This document shows, piece by piece, positions 47,261-59,087 of a stretch of DNA of 64,000 nt; position 1 is the first letter of the stretch, and every line of letters begins with the position of its first letter. Source of the DNA: Halothece sp. (GTDB lineage Bacteria; Cyanobacteriota; Cyanobacteriia; Cyanobacteriales; Rubidibacteraceae); assembly GCA_042218725.1 (NCBI GenBank), contig JBDGQV010000061.1:1602-65601 (forward strand), given 5' to 3'. The notes beneath the pieces were generated by a model that was not told the DNA's origin, did no database searches, and saw only the letters and a program-made list of their open reading frames with translations. The position numbers and the translations under genes are program-made.

Positions 47261-50200
47261 TTATTTAACACTGGTCAGTGTCTTTTCTTGTTCCGAGGCT
47301 TCAGGATTCGCCACTGCGGTTTCCGCTTCTGATGGGGGAACAATTTGCCAGAACTTGGGAAGATAAGTTTCCCAATTATCTAAAATCATTTGCGCTTTCT
47401 TGCTACCGGTGCGCTGGGCATGGGTTTCAATTAATTGTTTTAATTGTGCTTCCCCGTCTTTGGTGGCAATGCGCTGATAGCTAACAATTTCCGTGTTGAC
47501 TTTAACCGGGAAGTTGTCTTCTTCGTCTAAGAAGTAGGCAATACCGCCAGTCATACCAGCGCCGACGTTGCGCCCAGTTTTGCCTAAGACAACCACAACA
47601 CCGCCAGTCATGTATTCACAGCAATGGTCGCCTGCGCCCATGATGACCGCGTAGCCAAAGGAATTGCGCACAGCGAAGCGTTCGCCAGCTTGACCATTGG
47701 CATAAAGGTAGCCGCCGGTTGCCCCATACAAGCAGGTGTTACCAATAATGGCATTATCTTCAGGAACATAATTGGCTTCTTGGGGTGGCACAATCACAAT
47801 TTCGCCACCGTGCATGCCTTTGCCGACATAGTCATTGGCTTCCCCGGTTAAACTCAGGTTCATGCCTGGGAGATTAAAGGCGCCAAAGCTTTGTCCTGCA
47901 CCGCCTTGGAACTGGAAATTCAGTTGCCCTTTAAAGCCAGTGTCACCATATTGTTTAGCAATGTGACCCGCAATTCTGGCGCCAACTGCGCGATCAGTGT
48001 TTGCAATTTTCAGGGGCTTGGTGAGGTAACGGTGATTTTGAATCGCGTCCGCAATTTCTGGGTCGTTTAACAAGTCATCATCGAGAACCGGCCCATTGCT
48101 GTGGACTTCTTCATGTTGCAACCAATCGCGATTTTCCCGCACATCAGGCAGATTAGTTAGACAATCTAAGTTAAGGGAGTCGGTTTTGGTTAAATTGACA
48201 TTGTCACGGGGGGTCAGCAAGTCAGAACGACCAATGACTTCATCCAGGCGACGATAGCCTAACCGGGCTAACAACATCCGGACTTCTTCCGCAACGAAAT
48301 AGAAGAAGTTAACCACGTGACCCGGTGTGCCGCTAAAGCGTTGCCGCAGTTTCTCTTGCTGGGTGGCAACCCCAACCGGGCAGTTATTGGTGTGGCAAAT
48401 GCGCGCCATAATACAGCCTTCAGCAATCATGGAAACGGAACCAAAGCCGTATTCTTCAGCGCCCATTAAGGCCCCCATGACAACATCCCAGCCGGTTTTG
48501 AAACCGCCGTCAGCACGGAGAGTGACGCGATCGCGCAGTTCGTTTTCCAATAAGGTGCGATGGACTTCCGTGACGCCCAATTCCCAAGGGGTTCCCGCAT
48601 GTTTAATGGAGGATAAGGGAGAGGCGCCAGTGCCGCCATCATGCCCGGAGACTTGAATCACATCGGCATTGGCTTTGGCCACCCCAGCAGCAATGGTACC
48701 GATGCCCACTTCAGCAACTAATTTCACCGACACCTTGCCTTTGGGATGAATTTGGTGCAGGTCAAAAATAAGCTGCGCTAAGTCTTCAATGGAATAAATA
48801 TCATGGTGGGGCGGTGGTGAAATTAGCGGAACGCCGGGCTTAGACCGCCGCAACATGGCAATATACGGGCTGACTTTTTTCCCAGGCAGTTGTCCCCCTT
48901 CACCGGGTTTTGCCCCTTGGGCGACCTTAATTTCAATTTGTTCGCCGCTCATCAGGTATTCTGGAGTAACCCCAAACCGCCCGGATGCAACCTGTTTAAT
49001 GGCTGAACTAGCAGTGTCGCCATTTTTCAACCCTTTGAGATGGGGGAAGGTTTCGGAATTGCCTTCTTCGTCCACATCATCCATGACAATGAAGCGGGTG
49101 GGGTCTTCCCCGCCTTCCCCGGAATTGGATTTCCCGCCAATGCGGTTCATGGCAATCGCCAACGTTTCATGGGCTTCCCGCGATAATGCCCCTAACGACA
49201 TTGCCCCGGTACAGAAGCGTTTGACGATGTTTTCCACCGGTTCCACTTCTTCAATGGGAATGGAAGCGCGATCGCTTTGGAAGTCTAATAAGTCTCGCAG
49301 CGCTGTTGGCGGGCGTTCTTCCAAATACTGTTTATAAACATCATAGTGGTCATAGTCTTTGCCAGCCACTGCTTGATGCAAAGCCTTCGCCATATCGGGG
49401 CTATTCATATGATATTCCCCACGGGGACGATAGTTAATGAAGCCGTAGTTCTCCAGCTTCTTGCCTTGTAATTCTGGGAAAGCCCGATGATGGAAATTAA
49501 TGACTTCTTGGGCTAATTCTTGCAGGTTTAAGCCGCCAACGCGAGAGGTAGTGCCAGCAAAGGCTAAGTCAATAACTTCCGGTCCTAAGCCAATGGCTTC
49601 AAAAATTTGCGCCCCGTTGTAACTGGATAACAGGGAAATGCCCATCTTGGAGAGAATCTTCAGTAAGCCCATTTCAACGGCATGGCGATACTGTTCTTGG
49701 GCTTGCCCACAAGAAATTTTCTCTAATCGCCCTTTTTCCATCATTTTTTGGGTCTTACTATCCGCCCACCATTGACGGATGGTTTCTAGGGTTAAATAAG
49801 GACAGACTGCAGAAGCGCCATAGCCGATTAAACAAGCAAAATGATGGGTACTCCAGCATTGGGCCGTATCGACTACCAAGGAGGCTTTCATTCTGAGTCC
49901 TTGGCGAATGAGATGATGGTGAACTGTGCCCACAGCTAACAGTGGCGGAATGTAGCTTTCATTTTCATTAATACCATCATCAGCACGGTCCGATAGCACT
50001 AAAATTTTACTACCCGCTTTGACCGCTTCTTCTGCTTCAGTTTGTAAGCGTTTTAGGGCATTCTCTAAGCCTTGGGGGCCATCGGCAACGGAAAACAGGG
50101 TGGAAAGTTCAGTACTGGCAAACCCAGAATTTTTCACTGCGTCTAACTCCCCAACATTGAGAACGGGGGTTTTGATCTGCAACATTTGGGCTTGTTCAGG

Positions 50201-51901
50201 CGTGGCTTCCAACAAGTTTCCCCGTTCCCCAAGTGACATTTGCAACGACATCACGAGACTTTCTCGCAAGGGGTCAATGGCAGGGTTCGTAACCTGGGCA
50301 AAGCGTTGCTTAAAGTAATCGAACAGCAAGCGCGGTTTATCCGACAGCGCTGCTAATGGAATATCATCCCCCATGCAAAAGACAGCTTCTTTCCCCTGGG
50401 TTGCCATCGGCTGGATAATCATTTCCACATCTTCTGCCGTGTATCCAAAGGCCGATTGTTTGCGCAACACATCGGTACTGTCCATTTGGGGAGAATCCGG
50501 GAAGCTTTGCAATTTCACGGTTTTCCGGCCTTGCCGCAACCATTCCCCATAGGGATATTGTTGGGCCACTTGTTGTTTAATGTCCCAATTTTTTAGAATT
50601 TGCTGGTGTTCTAAGTCCACCGCAAACATTTGTCCGGGACCTAAGCGGCCTTTTTCTACAATTTTAGTTTCGGAAATCGGGAGTACCCCTGCTTCCGACC
50701 CAACAAAAACATACCCATCATTGGTGATACAGTAGCGAGCAGGCCGCAACCCATTCCGGTCTAAGTTAGCGCCAACCGTTTTGCCATCGCTAAAGACAAT
50801 GAGCGCCGGTCCATCCCAGGGTTCCTGAATGCTGCTATAGTATTCGTAGAAATCAACAATTTCTTGATGGTCGGCTAAGTCCGGCTGATCTTGGTATGCT
50901 TCTGGAATAAGGATCATTAGTGCTTCCATGGGACTGCGCCCAGCTTGCACTAAAAGCTCCATGGCATTATCCAAGTTTGCCGAGTCACTTTTATCTTGGC
51001 TGACAAAGGGAATCGCATCTAATTCTTCCCGTGTCCAATGGGGAGCGGCTAAATCCGCTTTTCGCGCTTCCATCCAGTTAATATTGCCCAAGAGGGTATT
51101 AATTTCCCCGTTATGCCCCAGCAATCGCATGGGTTGGGCTAAGCGCCATTTGGGCATGGTATTGGTACTGAAGCGCCGGTGATAAATGGCAAAGGGACTG
51201 GTAAAGTCTGGATTTTGAAAATCTTGGTAAAATTCTCCTAAAACCACTGAGCGTACCATGCCTTTGTAAACAATGGTACGGTTGGAGAATGAGCAAACAT
51301 AAAATTGCTCGGGATGATCAATTGCGCCGGAAGAAACAACTTCTCGGTTAATTTCGGCACTGGTAATATAAAGGGTTTTTTCTAATTCATCCCCTTGTTC
51401 GCTGGGTGAAGTTAGGATAACTTGTTCCACTCGGGGCTGGTTTTCTTTGGCTTTTTCTCCTAAAACTTCCGGTTTCGTTGGAACCGGACGCCAGCCTAAC
51501 AGTTCTAAATTCCTTTGCTTTAGAATTTTTTCAACACAAGCTCTTACCTTTGCGGCTGCTTGTTCTTCCAAGGGCAAAAATAACATTCCCACTGCCAAAT
51601 GTTCACGAGAGGGAACGGTCAGATTATTTTCTTGTAACCAATTCTCGAACAATTGCCAGGGAATGGCGCTCATAATGCCTGCCCCATCACCGGAGTCACG
51701 GTCAGCACTGCATGCTCCCCGGTGTTCTAAGCAACCAAGGGCACTAATGGCTTGTTGGACTAACTCATGGCTAGCATTACCCTGTTGCGAGGCGATAAAA
51801 CCAACACCACAAGCATCTCGTTCTTCCACTAGCCAAGGTTGTCCTTGGTAAGGGGCGGCATTATTTAAGGGTTGTTTTTGCTGCATACTATTGTCATTCA
51901 T
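47261..51901 (-). CDS. glsF: Ferredoxin-dependent glutamate synthase (Fd-GOGAT)
   Basis: [90 protein letters not shown]; no gltD adjacent. Confidence 0.95.
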   Translation of the reverse strand: MNDNSMQQKQPLNNAAPYQGQPWLVEERDACGVGFIASQQGNASHELVQQAISALGCLEHRGACSADRDSGDGAGIMSAIPWQLFENWLQENNLTVPSREHLAVGMLFLPLEEQAAAKVRACVEKILKQRNLELLGWRPVPTKPEVLGEKAKENQPRVEQVILTSPSEQGDELEKTLYITSAEINREVVSSGAIDHPEQFYVCSFSNRTIVYKGMVRSVVLGEFYQDFQNPDFTSPFAIYHRRFSTNTMPKWRLAQPMRLLGHNGEINTLLGNINWMEARKADLAAPHWTREELDAIPFVSQDKSDSANLDNAMELLVQAGRSPMEALMILIPEAYQDQPDLADHQEIVDFYEYYSSIQEPWDGPALIVFSDGKTVGANLDRNGLRPARYCITNDGYVFVGSEAGVLPISETKIVEKGRLGPGQMFAVDLEHQQILKNWDIKQQVAQQYPYGEWLRQGRKTVKLQSFPDSPQMDSTDVLRKQSAFGYTAEDVEMIIQPMATQGKEAVFCMGDDIPLAALSDKPRLLFDYFKQRFAQVTNPAIDPLRESLVMSLQMSLGERGNLLEATPEQAQMLQIKTPVLNVGELDAVKNSGFASTELSTLFSVADGPQGLENALKRLQTEAEEAVKAGSKILVLSDRADDGINENESYIPPLLAVGTVHHHLIRQGLRMKASLVVDTAQCWSTHHFACLIGYGASAVCPYLTLETIRQWWADSKTQKMMEKGRLEKISCGQAQEQYRHAVEMGLLKILSKMGISLLSSYNGAQIFEAIGLGPEVIDLAFAGTTSRVGGLNLQELAQEVINFHHRAFPELQGKKLENYGFINYRPRGEYHMNSPDMAKALHQAVAGKDYDHYDVYKQYLEERPPTALRDLLDFQSDRASIPIEEVEPVENIVKRFCTGAMSLGALSREAHETLAIAMNRIGGKSNSGEGGEDPTRFIVMDDVDEEGNSETFPHLKGLKNGDTASSAIKQVASGRFGVTPEYLMSGEQIEIKVAQGAKPGEGGQLPGKKVSPYIAMLRRSKPGVPLISPPPHHDIYSIEDLAQLIFDLHQIHPKGKVSVKLVAEVGIGTIAAGVAKANADVIQVSGHDGGTGASPLSSIKHAGTPWELGVTEVHRTLLENELRDRVTLRADGGFKTGWDVVMGALMGAEEYGFGSVSMIAEGCIMARICHTNNCPVGVATQQEKLRQRFSGTPGHVVNFFYFVAEEVRMLLARLGYRRLDEVIGRSDLLTPRDNVNLTKTDSLNLDCLTNLPDVRENRDWLQHEEVHSNGPVLDDDLLNDPEIADAIQNHRYLTKPLKIANTDRAVGARIAGHIAKQYGDTGFKGQLNFQFQGGAGQSFGAFNLPGMNLSLTGEANDYVGKGMHGGEIVIVPPQEANYVPEDNAIIGNTCLYGATGGYLYANGQAGERFAVRNSFGYAVIMGAGDHCCEYMTGGVVVVLGKTGRNVGAGMTGGIAYFLDEEDNFPVKVNTEIVSYQRIATKDGEAQLKQLIETHAQRTGSKKAQMILDNWETYLPKFWQIVPPSEAETAVANPEASEQEKTLTSVK

Positions 51902-52229
51902 GTTTAAGTTTGATTTCGATTGGCAATCACGTTAGTTCAGCAGTCATTCCACCGTTGCAATTGATGATTAAATTGGTGAAGATTTAAAGAATAGCAGTTA
52001 TTGCCAAATTTGTTCTTTATTTACGGCACGGTTACGCCTGTGGGTGGAACGTGCTTGTTGCTCAACTTTAAAACATCTTGTTAGGTTAATCTAGTATAGT
52101 AGGTTCCTCTATCTTAAACAGTGTATCCAGAAACGTTCAAGAAACGGGAAAAAAATTTCTGCCATGACTTGACAATTTTGGAATGAAGATGAAAAAATTA
52201 ATATTTGGGTTATTAACATAATACAGTGA

Positions 52230-52313
52230 GCGGAACTGGCGGAATTGGTAGACGCGCTAGATTCAGGTTCTAGTGTTCGCAAGAACTTCCGGGTTCAAGT
52301 CCCGGGTTCCGCA
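52230..52313 (+). tRNA. trnL: tRNA-Leu (anticodon CAG)
   Basis: GCGGAAC/GTTCCGC acceptor stem, D-loop GGAATTGGTAGAC, anticodon arm CTAGA-TTCAGGT-TCTAG, long variable arm, GGTTCAAGTCC T-loop; CCA is not encoded. Confidence 0.97.
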
Positions 52314-52336
52314 TTTTTCAGAGAGCCGGTGCAGAA

Positions 52337-53584
52337 ATGATGACATTTTACCTGGGGATTGATTTTGGGACATCAGGGGCAAGAGCAGTGGTGATTGATG
52401 AAGATCAAACCATTCAAGCCCAAGAAGAATGTCCCTTTACGGCACAGGAGAATTGGATTCAACAATGGCGTGAGGCCCTATTTTTTCTGCTCAATGAAAT
52501 TCCGGTGACAGTTAAGCAGGACGTGGGTCGGATTGCGATTAATGGCACCTCTTCCACTGTCTTACGTTGCGATCGCGCTGGGGTTCCCCGATCTCCGCCG
52601 CTGTTATATCGCGATCGCGCTCCTCAATCAATTTTAAACCAAATTCAGCAAATTGCCCCGGCAGACCATGTGGTGCAAAGTGCGTCTTCCAGCTTAGCCA
52701 AGTTGCTGTACTGGCAACAGCAAGAGGGAATTTCCCAGAATGAATCTTTTCTCCACCAAGCAGACTGGTTAGGATTTTTATTGCATGGCCATTTAGGGAT
52801 TAGCGATTATCACAATGCGTTGAAATTGGGGTATGATGTGAAGCATCTGTGTTATCCGCAGTGGCTAAAAGACTTAGACAGTTTCCCGATTCTGCCAAAA
52901 GTCCTTCCCCCGGGAACAGCAGTCGGTTCAGTAACGTCTGAAATTGCCAAACAATTTAGTTTCCCCCCTGATTGTCAAGTGTGTACTGGCACCACCGATA
53001 GCATTGCTGCTTTTATGGCGAGTGGGGCAAGGCAACCGGGAGAAGCTGTCACTTCCCTGGGTTCCACCTTAGTTTTAAAACTTCTTAGTGAAACGCCCGT
53101 GCAAGCAACCCAATACGGCGTTTATAGTCATCGTTTCGGCAACTTCTGGTTAACCGGCGGTGCCTCTAATACCGGTGGGGCAGTCTTACAACAATTTTTC
53201 AGCGAGAAACAGTTACAAGACCTATCAGCGCAAATTAATCCCGCGCAACCGACTTCCTTACACTATTATCCCTTAACAGAACCTGGTGAACGTTTTCCTA
53301 TCAATGATCCGAACTTATCGCCAAAACTGACGCCTCGTCCGGAAGATCATGTTACTTTTTTGCAGGGCTTATTAGAAAGTATGGCGCGTATTGAAGCCCA
53401 AGGGTATGAAAAATTGCAGGAGTTGGGGGCAACGCCTTTATCTCGGGTTTACACCGCAGGAGGCGGGGCAAAAAATGAAACTTGGCAAACCATTCGGGAA
53501 CAATATTTAAAAGTTTCAGTGCAGCCTTCTCCCAATACTGATGCGGCTTACGGAAGCGCATTGTTAGCCCAAGGCGATAGCTAG
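52337..53584 (+). CDS. FGGY-family carbohydrate kinase (D-ribulose kinase-like)
   Basis: LGIDFGTSGAR, TTDSIAAF, SLGSTLVLK, GGASNTGG, GERFP, AGGGAKN, AAYGSA. Confidence 0.9.
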   Translation: MMTFYLGIDFGTSGARAVVIDEDQTIQAQEECPFTAQENWIQQWREALFFLLNEIPVTVKQDVGRIAINGTSSTVLRCDRAGVPRSPPLLYRDRAPQSILNQIQQIAPADHVVQSASSSLAKLLYWQQQEGISQNESFLHQADWLGFLLHGHLGISDYHNALKLGYDVKHLCYPQWLKDLDSFPILPKVLPPGTAVGSVTSEIAKQFSFPPDCQVCTGTTDSIAAFMASGARQPGEAVTSLGSTLVLKLLSETPVQATQYGVYSHRFGNFWLTGGASNTGGAVLQQFFSEKQLQDLSAQINPAQPTSLHYYPLTEPGERFPINDPNLSPKLTPRPEDHVTFLQGLLESMARIEAQGYEKLQELGATPLSRVYTAGGGAKNETWQTIREQYLKVSVQPSPNTDAAYGSALLAQGDS

Positions 53585-54687
53585 TTTGAGGCAGCCGAAC
53601 GAGAACGGTTGGGAATCAGAAAAGTTTTTACTTGCCCGTTGGGAGAAAAGACGACCCGAATTTTTTGCTGGTTGTCACTGGTGGAAGGAGAAACAAAGGG
53701 TTGATTTTTGGGAGGAAACGGAAGAGTTTGCAGATGGTTTTGCGCAGCATTACCCAACGGAACAATGTTTTGCAGTGACCCCTTGTTATCAATAATCAGT
53801 TGATATTCTAAATATTGGGTTAACTGCTTGGAAGGCTTCCATTGTTGTTGGAAATAGCGTCTGACTTCTGCAACTTGCGGAGATTGGTTCAATGAAGTGT
53901 CTGGTTGCGAAGGGGGAGTTAAGTTAGGTTGCGATTGAGAGGGGAAAGAAGGAAAGTCTGGAACGTTTAGCGGGGGAGGATTATTATTGGGTGGCGTTGG
54001 TTTCAAGTTGTTTTTCTTGCCCAGGAGTGATTTACTCGCCATTAAATCAGAAGAAGGAGTTTCTACAGAAGTCGGAGGAGAAAGTTTATCCAGGGTTTTT
54101 AGGGAATCAGACAGTTGAAGATTGAGTTTTTTAGAGATTTGAGGAGGGGAGGGAGAAGGATTGGTTTCGGTGGAAGATGGGGAAGAGGGAGGATTGGGCA
54201 GCAACGACTCTGTTACTGCACTGGCAGTGTCGGTTGATGGGGAAGCATTCCATTTTAATCGGGTTATGATGCCGCCAATAATGAGTAAGAGAAACAGCGA
54301 GAAGATTCCCCAGAAACGTCGTTGATTGCGAACAATAAATCGATTATTATTGGCAAGGTCAGCTTGATATTGATCGAGAATTTTATTTAAATCGGAAAGT
54401 TGTTGCCAACTGAGGTGAGTCGTTGTCGATTGGTCTTGATTAGGAAGGGTAATGGGATAAAGCGGTTGGTTGGCTTGTTGCGGCGTAGCTGGTTGGCTAA
54501 GAGAAGGCAGTTGTTTTTTTACTGTGTTGATGAGTTCAGTGAGCTGGGCGCGATCGCTGTTTAGTTTAACAGAAGATTCATTCGTGGAATCTAAATTTTC
54601 GATCAATAAACAAAAGCGATTATTGGCGAAAATTTCTAATGTACAATAAGGCAACTCATAGCACTTAATAACCTGAGAATGAAACAT
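53581..54687 (-). CDS. DUF4335-like protein (TM segment, Pro/Ser-rich linker, TonB-C-like tail)
   Basis: Y.LPYCTLEI N-terminus, central TM, EVRRYFQQQWKP...LEYQL..., IRVVFSPNGQVKTF. Confidence 0.7.
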   Translation of the reverse strand: MFHSQVIKCYELPYCTLEIFANNRFCLLIENLDSTNESSVKLNSDRAQLTELINTVKKQLPSLSQPATPQQANQPLYPITLPNQDQSTTTHLSWQQLSDLNKILDQYQADLANNNRFIVRNQRRFWGIFSLFLLLIIGGIITRLKWNASPSTDTASAVTESLLPNPPSSPSSTETNPSPSPPQISKKLNLQLSDSLKTLDKLSPPTSVETPSSDLMASKSLLGKKNNLKPTPPNNNPPPLNVPDFPSFPSQSQPNLTPPSQPDTSLNQSPQVAEVRRYFQQQWKPSKQLTQYLEYQLIIDNKGSLQNIVPLGNAAQNHLQTLPFPPKNQPFVSPSTSDNQQKIRVVFSPNGQVKTFLIPNRSRSAASN

Positions 54688-54696
54688 TGTCGGATC

Positions 54697-56259
54697 TCAC
54701 TCTTGCTTAGGAAGAACATCTTGTAACAGGGGAGACAGATTTTTGTTCAGTTTTCCGGACCGAATTAATTCCGCGTAAGTTTCTGCTTCAATATCTAACA
54801 GTTGTTCTTGCAGTTGTTCTTGTTCTAGGGATTGTAATTGCGGGTAAGACGTTTGTAACTTTGTAATTTCTTGGTTAACCTCGTCTAATTTTCCCTTTAC
54901 TAATGCTTGTTGATGCTGTTTGAAATCTTCGTCAATACTGGGAGAAAGTTCAACAGAACTGAGATGTTGCAATACCCTTTCTAAAGCATTGCGACGGGCA
55001 AGCAATTCACTATAAGTTTGCCGTTGGGCGCGATCGCCGATTAATCCTAGTTTCTCAATTACCGTCTGCATCGTCAACCCTTGTACTAATAAGGTAAATA
55101 AAACGACCCCAAACACGGTTTCAATAATATCCTGTCTGCCGTCTAACATGACCGGTACACTTAATGCTAGGGCAATGGAAACAGAACCTCTTAATCCGCC
55201 CCACCAAAGCACCGTTTCTTCTTGCCAAGTAATATCTTGTTTGGTGATTAAATTGCTCAGCGTTCCTAAACCATAAATACTGATCGCGCGAATGATCACC
55301 AAGGCAATAATTGCCACTAAAATTAATTTCCAGTTATCCGTTAAACTTGAAATATTAATTTGATCGCCAATGAGGAGAAAGACGATTGAGTTAACAAAAA
55401 AGGCAATAAATTCCCAAAACTCGGAAACGGATAAACGAGTGCGGGCATTCATACCAATGCGCGATCCAAAATTGCCTAAAATAATCCCAACGGTGACCAC
55501 ACCAATAACACCAGAACCGCCTAATTCTTCCGTTAATAAATAAGCCCCATAAGCGGAAAGCAAGGTGAGCGATTGTTCCACTAACGGCAGATCAAAACGT
55601 TGGGTTAAATACGAAATGCCAAAGCCAATTAAACTGCCAATGCCAATGCCAATGCCAGTCACGGCAACAAACTGCACTAAACTATTGGTTACGGAAAATT
55701 CCTGAACCCCTAAAGGAATTCCCACTAAAATACTAAAGGCAACAACGGCAGCCCCATCATTAAATAAACTTTCTCCTTCTGTTAGTACTGTTAAGCGTTC
55801 CCCAACCCCTAATTCTCGAAAAAGGGCAATGACGGCCACGGGATCTGTTGCTGCTAAACTAGCGCCCACTAGTAGGGCAATGGGAAGGGATAACCCTGTA
55901 AAATAGTTAAGACTGAAGCCAATGCCAACAACTGAAATAACTACCCCTACAATGGCTAATAACGTAACGGGAACTAGATTTTCTTTCAAATTCCGCCAAC
56001 GAATGTTCCAAGCGGCTTCAAATAAAAGCGGGGGCAAGAAAATTTCTAAAATTAATTCTGGTGAAAGATTGACGAGACGAATATCCAGAAAAGCGAGTCC
56101 CAACCCAACAATTACTAATAGTAACGTATAGGGAATTTGTCGGAAAAAATTAGAAATTTGCGATAACGTTGCTACCCCTAAAGAAACAGAAAGAACAATT
56201 AAAAACTGTTCTAAATTCTCTTTGATTAATTCCTCTCCCACCGTTGCTTCCATACTCAT
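54697..56259 (-). CDS. nhaP: CPA1 Na+/H+ antiporter, NhaP type (ApNhaP-like)
   Basis: FLPPLLFEAA, ATDPV, EGESLFNDG, FWEFIAFFVNS, WWGGLRGSVSIALAL, C-terminal hydrophilic tail. Confidence 0.92.
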   Translation of the reverse strand: MSMEATVGEELIKENLEQFLIVLSVSLGVATLSQISNFFRQIPYTLLLVIVGLGLAFLDIRLVNLSPELILEIFLPPLLFEAAWNIRWRNLKENLVPVTLLAIVGVVISVVGIGFSLNYFTGLSLPIALLVGASLAATDPVAVIALFRELGVGERLTVLTEGESLFNDGAAVVAFSILVGIPLGVQEFSVTNSLVQFVAVTGIGIGIGSLIGFGISYLTQRFDLPLVEQSLTLLSAYGAYLLTEELGGSGVIGVVTVGIILGNFGSRIGMNARTRLSVSEFWEFIAFFVNSIVFLLIGDQINISSLTDNWKLILVAIIALVIIRAISIYGLGTLSNLITKQDITWQEETVLWWGGLRGSVSIALALSVPVMLDGRQDIIETVFGVVLFTLLVQGLTMQTVIEKLGLIGDRAQRQTYSELLARRNALERVLQHLSSVELSPSIDEDFKQHQQALVKGKLDEVNQEITKLQTSYPQLQSLEQEQLQEQLLDIEAETYAELIRSGKLNKNLSPLLQDVLPKQE

Positions 56260-56344
56260 TTAGTTGTTATTGATGATGTTTTTTTTTACATAATTGGTCA
56301 TTTGATCCTTAACTCCCTGGAAGCGCGATCCCTACGGTAATGAA

Positions 56345-56373
56345 CAAATAACCAATCACCCATTACCAATAAC
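56345..56373. repeat. Heptamer tandem repeat (STRR-like)
   Basis: CAAATAA CCAATCA CCCATTA CCAATAA C. Confidence 0.6.
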
Positions 56374-56378
56374 ACATC

Positions 56379-58058
56379 TTACTCATTGACGAAACTATAA
56401 ATCGTTTGCAAGGTTAGATGATTGGAGACAGCAGAAGGTTTGACTCCTGGTTGATGGGGTTCTCGATTGAGTTTAACTTGTAAGCCTGTCATGGGATCAT
56501 TGCCGGAAGAAATTAAAAATTCTACTCGTTTCACTTCTTCCCAACTGGCAATTTCATCAAGAATTTTGCTAATGGCAATGACATAGGGATGATTGGAATT
56601 GCTGTACCAGTCTGGGCTAGCCACATTGGGTTGATCAAAGCCAAAATGAACGGTAATATCGGGAGTGCCAAATAGCGCGATCGCGACGGGACGGGCTTCT
56701 TCTTGCACTAAGAGATGATAATCATTGGCCAATTCTCGCAATCGTTCCAACCGTTGATAACGATCCGTTACCGATTGCACACTATCTCGCCAATCGATGG
56801 CCACACTGGCTAAGTAGGTTTGCAACAGCATGTGACCGAGTTTTTTTGCCTTTGTTGCCAGATAAACAGAGTTGTAGGCAGTGGCTTCAATTAGCAAGGG
56901 CACCCGTTCCACAATTTCTAAGCCATATCCTTTTAAACCGGCAATTTTGCGCGGATTGTTGGTAATCAGGCGAATTTGCCGAATGCCCAAATCATTGAGC
57001 ATTTGTGCGCCCATGCCATAATCTCTTAAATCTGCCGGGAATCCTAACTTTTCATTGGCTTCTACCGTATCCAAGCCCATGTCTTGCAGCGAATAGGCTT
57101 TTAACTTGTTCACTAACCCAATGCCGCGCCCTTCTTGCCGGAGATAAACCACGACGCCTTTACCGGCATTTTCAATCATTTTCAGTGCCGCTTGCAGTTG
57201 CATGCGACAGTCGCAACGCATCGACCCCAAGGCATCCCCGGTTAGGCATTCCGAGTGCATTCGAACCATCACCGGTTCGTCAGCAAAAGTACTGGGATCG
57301 CCTTTGACAATGGCAAGATGTTCCGTGTCATCTAGCTGATTCCGGTAGGCGTAAAGTTGAAATTCTCCAAACTGGGTGGGTAACTGACAAATGGTTTCTC
57401 GATACACAAAGCGATCGTGTTGTAAACGGTAACTAATTAAATCAGCAATACTGATCAGAGTGAGATTATGTTTCTTCGCGTATTCTGCTAATTCCGGCAA
57501 ACGGGCCATTGACCCATCGGGGTTTTGAATTTCACAGATGACCCCGGCAGGCGTTAATCCTGAGAGTCGGCATAAATCAACCGCTGCTTCGGTGTGCCCA
57601 GCGCGTTTTAAGACGCCCCCTTCTTTGGCGCGAATGGGAAACACATGACCTGGGCGGGCTAAATCTTCCGGACTGGAAGTGGGATTAATGGCAATTTGAA
57701 TCGTGCGCGCGCGATCTTCGGCAGAAATGCCAGTGGTGGTCCCCAAATGTTTGGCGGCATCAATACTAACGGTAAAAGCCGTTTGGTTGGTATCAGTGTT
57801 TTCTCCTACCATTAACGGCAAATCGAGGGTGTCTAACCGTTCTCCCGTCATGGCGAGACAAATCAGCCCTCGGGCTTCCACCGCCATAAAGTTAATCATG
57901 GCCGGGGTAGCAAATTGGGCCGAACAAATGATGTCCCCTTCATTTTCACGATTTTCGTCATCGACCACAACAATGGGGCGACCCCCTCGAAAATCTTCGA
58001 GGGCTTTTTCAATGGGATCAAATTCTATGGGATAGGTTGCTTGCGAATCCACTATCAA
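56379..58058 (-). CDS. ribBA: Bifunctional DHBP synthase / GTP cyclohydrolase II with cyanobacterial C-terminal extension
   Basis: [63 protein letters not shown]. Confidence 0.96.
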   Translation of the reverse strand: MIVDSQATYPIEFDPIEKALEDFRGGRPIVVVDDENRENEGDIICSAQFATPAMINFMAVEARGLICLAMTGERLDTLDLPLMVGENTDTNQTAFTVSIDAAKHLGTTTGISAEDRARTIQIAINPTSSPEDLARPGHVFPIRAKEGGVLKRAGHTEAAVDLCRLSGLTPAGVICEIQNPDGSMARLPELAEYAKKHNLTLISIADLISYRLQHDRFVYRETICQLPTQFGEFQLYAYRNQLDDTEHLAIVKGDPSTFADEPVMVRMHSECLTGDALGSMRCDCRMQLQAALKMIENAGKGVVVYLRQEGRGIGLVNKLKAYSLQDMGLDTVEANEKLGFPADLRDYGMGAQMLNDLGIRQIRLITNNPRKIAGLKGYGLEIVERVPLLIEATAYNSVYLATKAKKLGHMLLQTYLASVAIDWRDSVQSVTDRYQRLERLRELANDYHLLVQEEARPVAIALFGTPDITVHFGFDQPNVASPDWYSNSNHPYVIAISKILDEIASWEEVKRVEFLISSGNDPMTGLQVKLNREPHQPGVKPSAVSNHLTLQTIYSFVNE

Positions 58059-58132
58059 GAGTTAAACGCTTCTGTGTAAACTTATGTTCACAGTTTTCAG
58101 TTTTGATTGTATCCTGTTTAGCAGCGCGATCG

Positions 58133-58921
58133 CTATTTGTTTTTCGGGCGAAACTGCTGGGCCACTGCCTTGACTAAGGCCTCCCTTGGCAAAAAACGCG
58201 GAAGATTGGCAATCAGTTGATTCGGGAATCCCCCGGGAACAATATTGGCTTGCTTTTGCTCGAAGGCATTCAGTGCCGCTTTGACAACCTCTTCCGGGGA
58301 GGTATAGTTTTGCTGGCTAGATTCGGTTATAGAATTGGGAAAATTAGCTTTGATGAAAAACTCAGTTTCAGTGGGACCAGGACACACACAAGTTACCGTG
58401 ACCCCAGCATCTTTATTTTCTTCCCACATGGCTTCACTAAAATTGAGAACAAAGGCTTTGGTTGCCGCGTAAATTGACATATAGGGAATTGGTTGAAATG
58501 CCGCAATGGAGGAAACATTAATAATGCCTCCTTCTCCTTGCTGACGCATGGGGGTGAGGAAAAGATGAGTTAAGGCCACGATCGCGCTAATATTCAATTG
58601 AATCATCTCTAGTTGCCTGGTTAGGGAACGATTGGCAAACAACCCATAGTCGCCAAATCCTGCATTATTGATCAGTAAGTCAATGTTGATTCCTTTGGCA
58701 GTGATGGTGTCAAAGAGGGTTTGGGGGGCATTCGGTTCGGCTAAGTTTTGGGGAATGACTTCCGTGTGAATTTGATGGTCTTTCTCCAGTTGTTGGGCCA
58801 GTTGTTGCAATTTGTCTTGAGAACGGGCAACTAAAACCAGATTGTATTGACGGTTGGCTAATTCCTGGGCAAAAGTCGCTCCAATGCCGGACGATGCACC
58901 AGTAACAAGGGCAGTGTTCAT
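58133..58921 (-). CDS. Short-chain dehydrogenase/reductase (DltE-like)
   Basis: TGASSGIG, LINNAGFG, NVSS, YAATK, CPGPTET. Confidence 0.92.
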   Translation of the reverse strand: MNTALVTGASSGIGATFAQELANRQYNLVLVARSQDKLQQLAQQLEKDHQIHTEVIPQNLAEPNAPQTLFDTITAKGINIDLLINNAGFGDYGLFANRSLTRQLEMIQLNISAIVALTHLFLTPMRQQGEGGIINVSSIAAFQPIPYMSIYAATKAFVLNFSEAMWEENKDAGVTVTCVCPGPTETEFFIKANFPNSITESSQQNYTSPEEVVKAALNAFEQKQANIVPGGFPNQLIANLPRFLPREALVKAVAQQFRPKNK

Positions 58922-59087
58922 AATGAGTTAAATTTGTAAATTTTCTTTAAGTTTATCGTTTCTAGTTACTGGGTTACTACTCATTAAGCCAATTATCTGT
59001 TAGCCCTTTTGGGAAGATCAATTGTTGTCAGTTTAAAATTCGGGAAATCCCAATCGGAACTGTTTCCATAAGGATTAAACGCAAACC

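Noticed and set aside
51902-52229. NtcA box upstream of glsF
   Set aside because: No GTA-N8-TAC match was found by eye.
52230-52336. tRNA-Leu as an integration site of a genomic island
   Set aside because: No integrase nearby, no duplicated tRNA 3' end seen, and the flanking genes are ordinary core genes.
58059-58132. FMN riboswitch upstream of ribBA
   Set aside because: The spacer is only ~75 bp and lacks the conserved RFN motifs.
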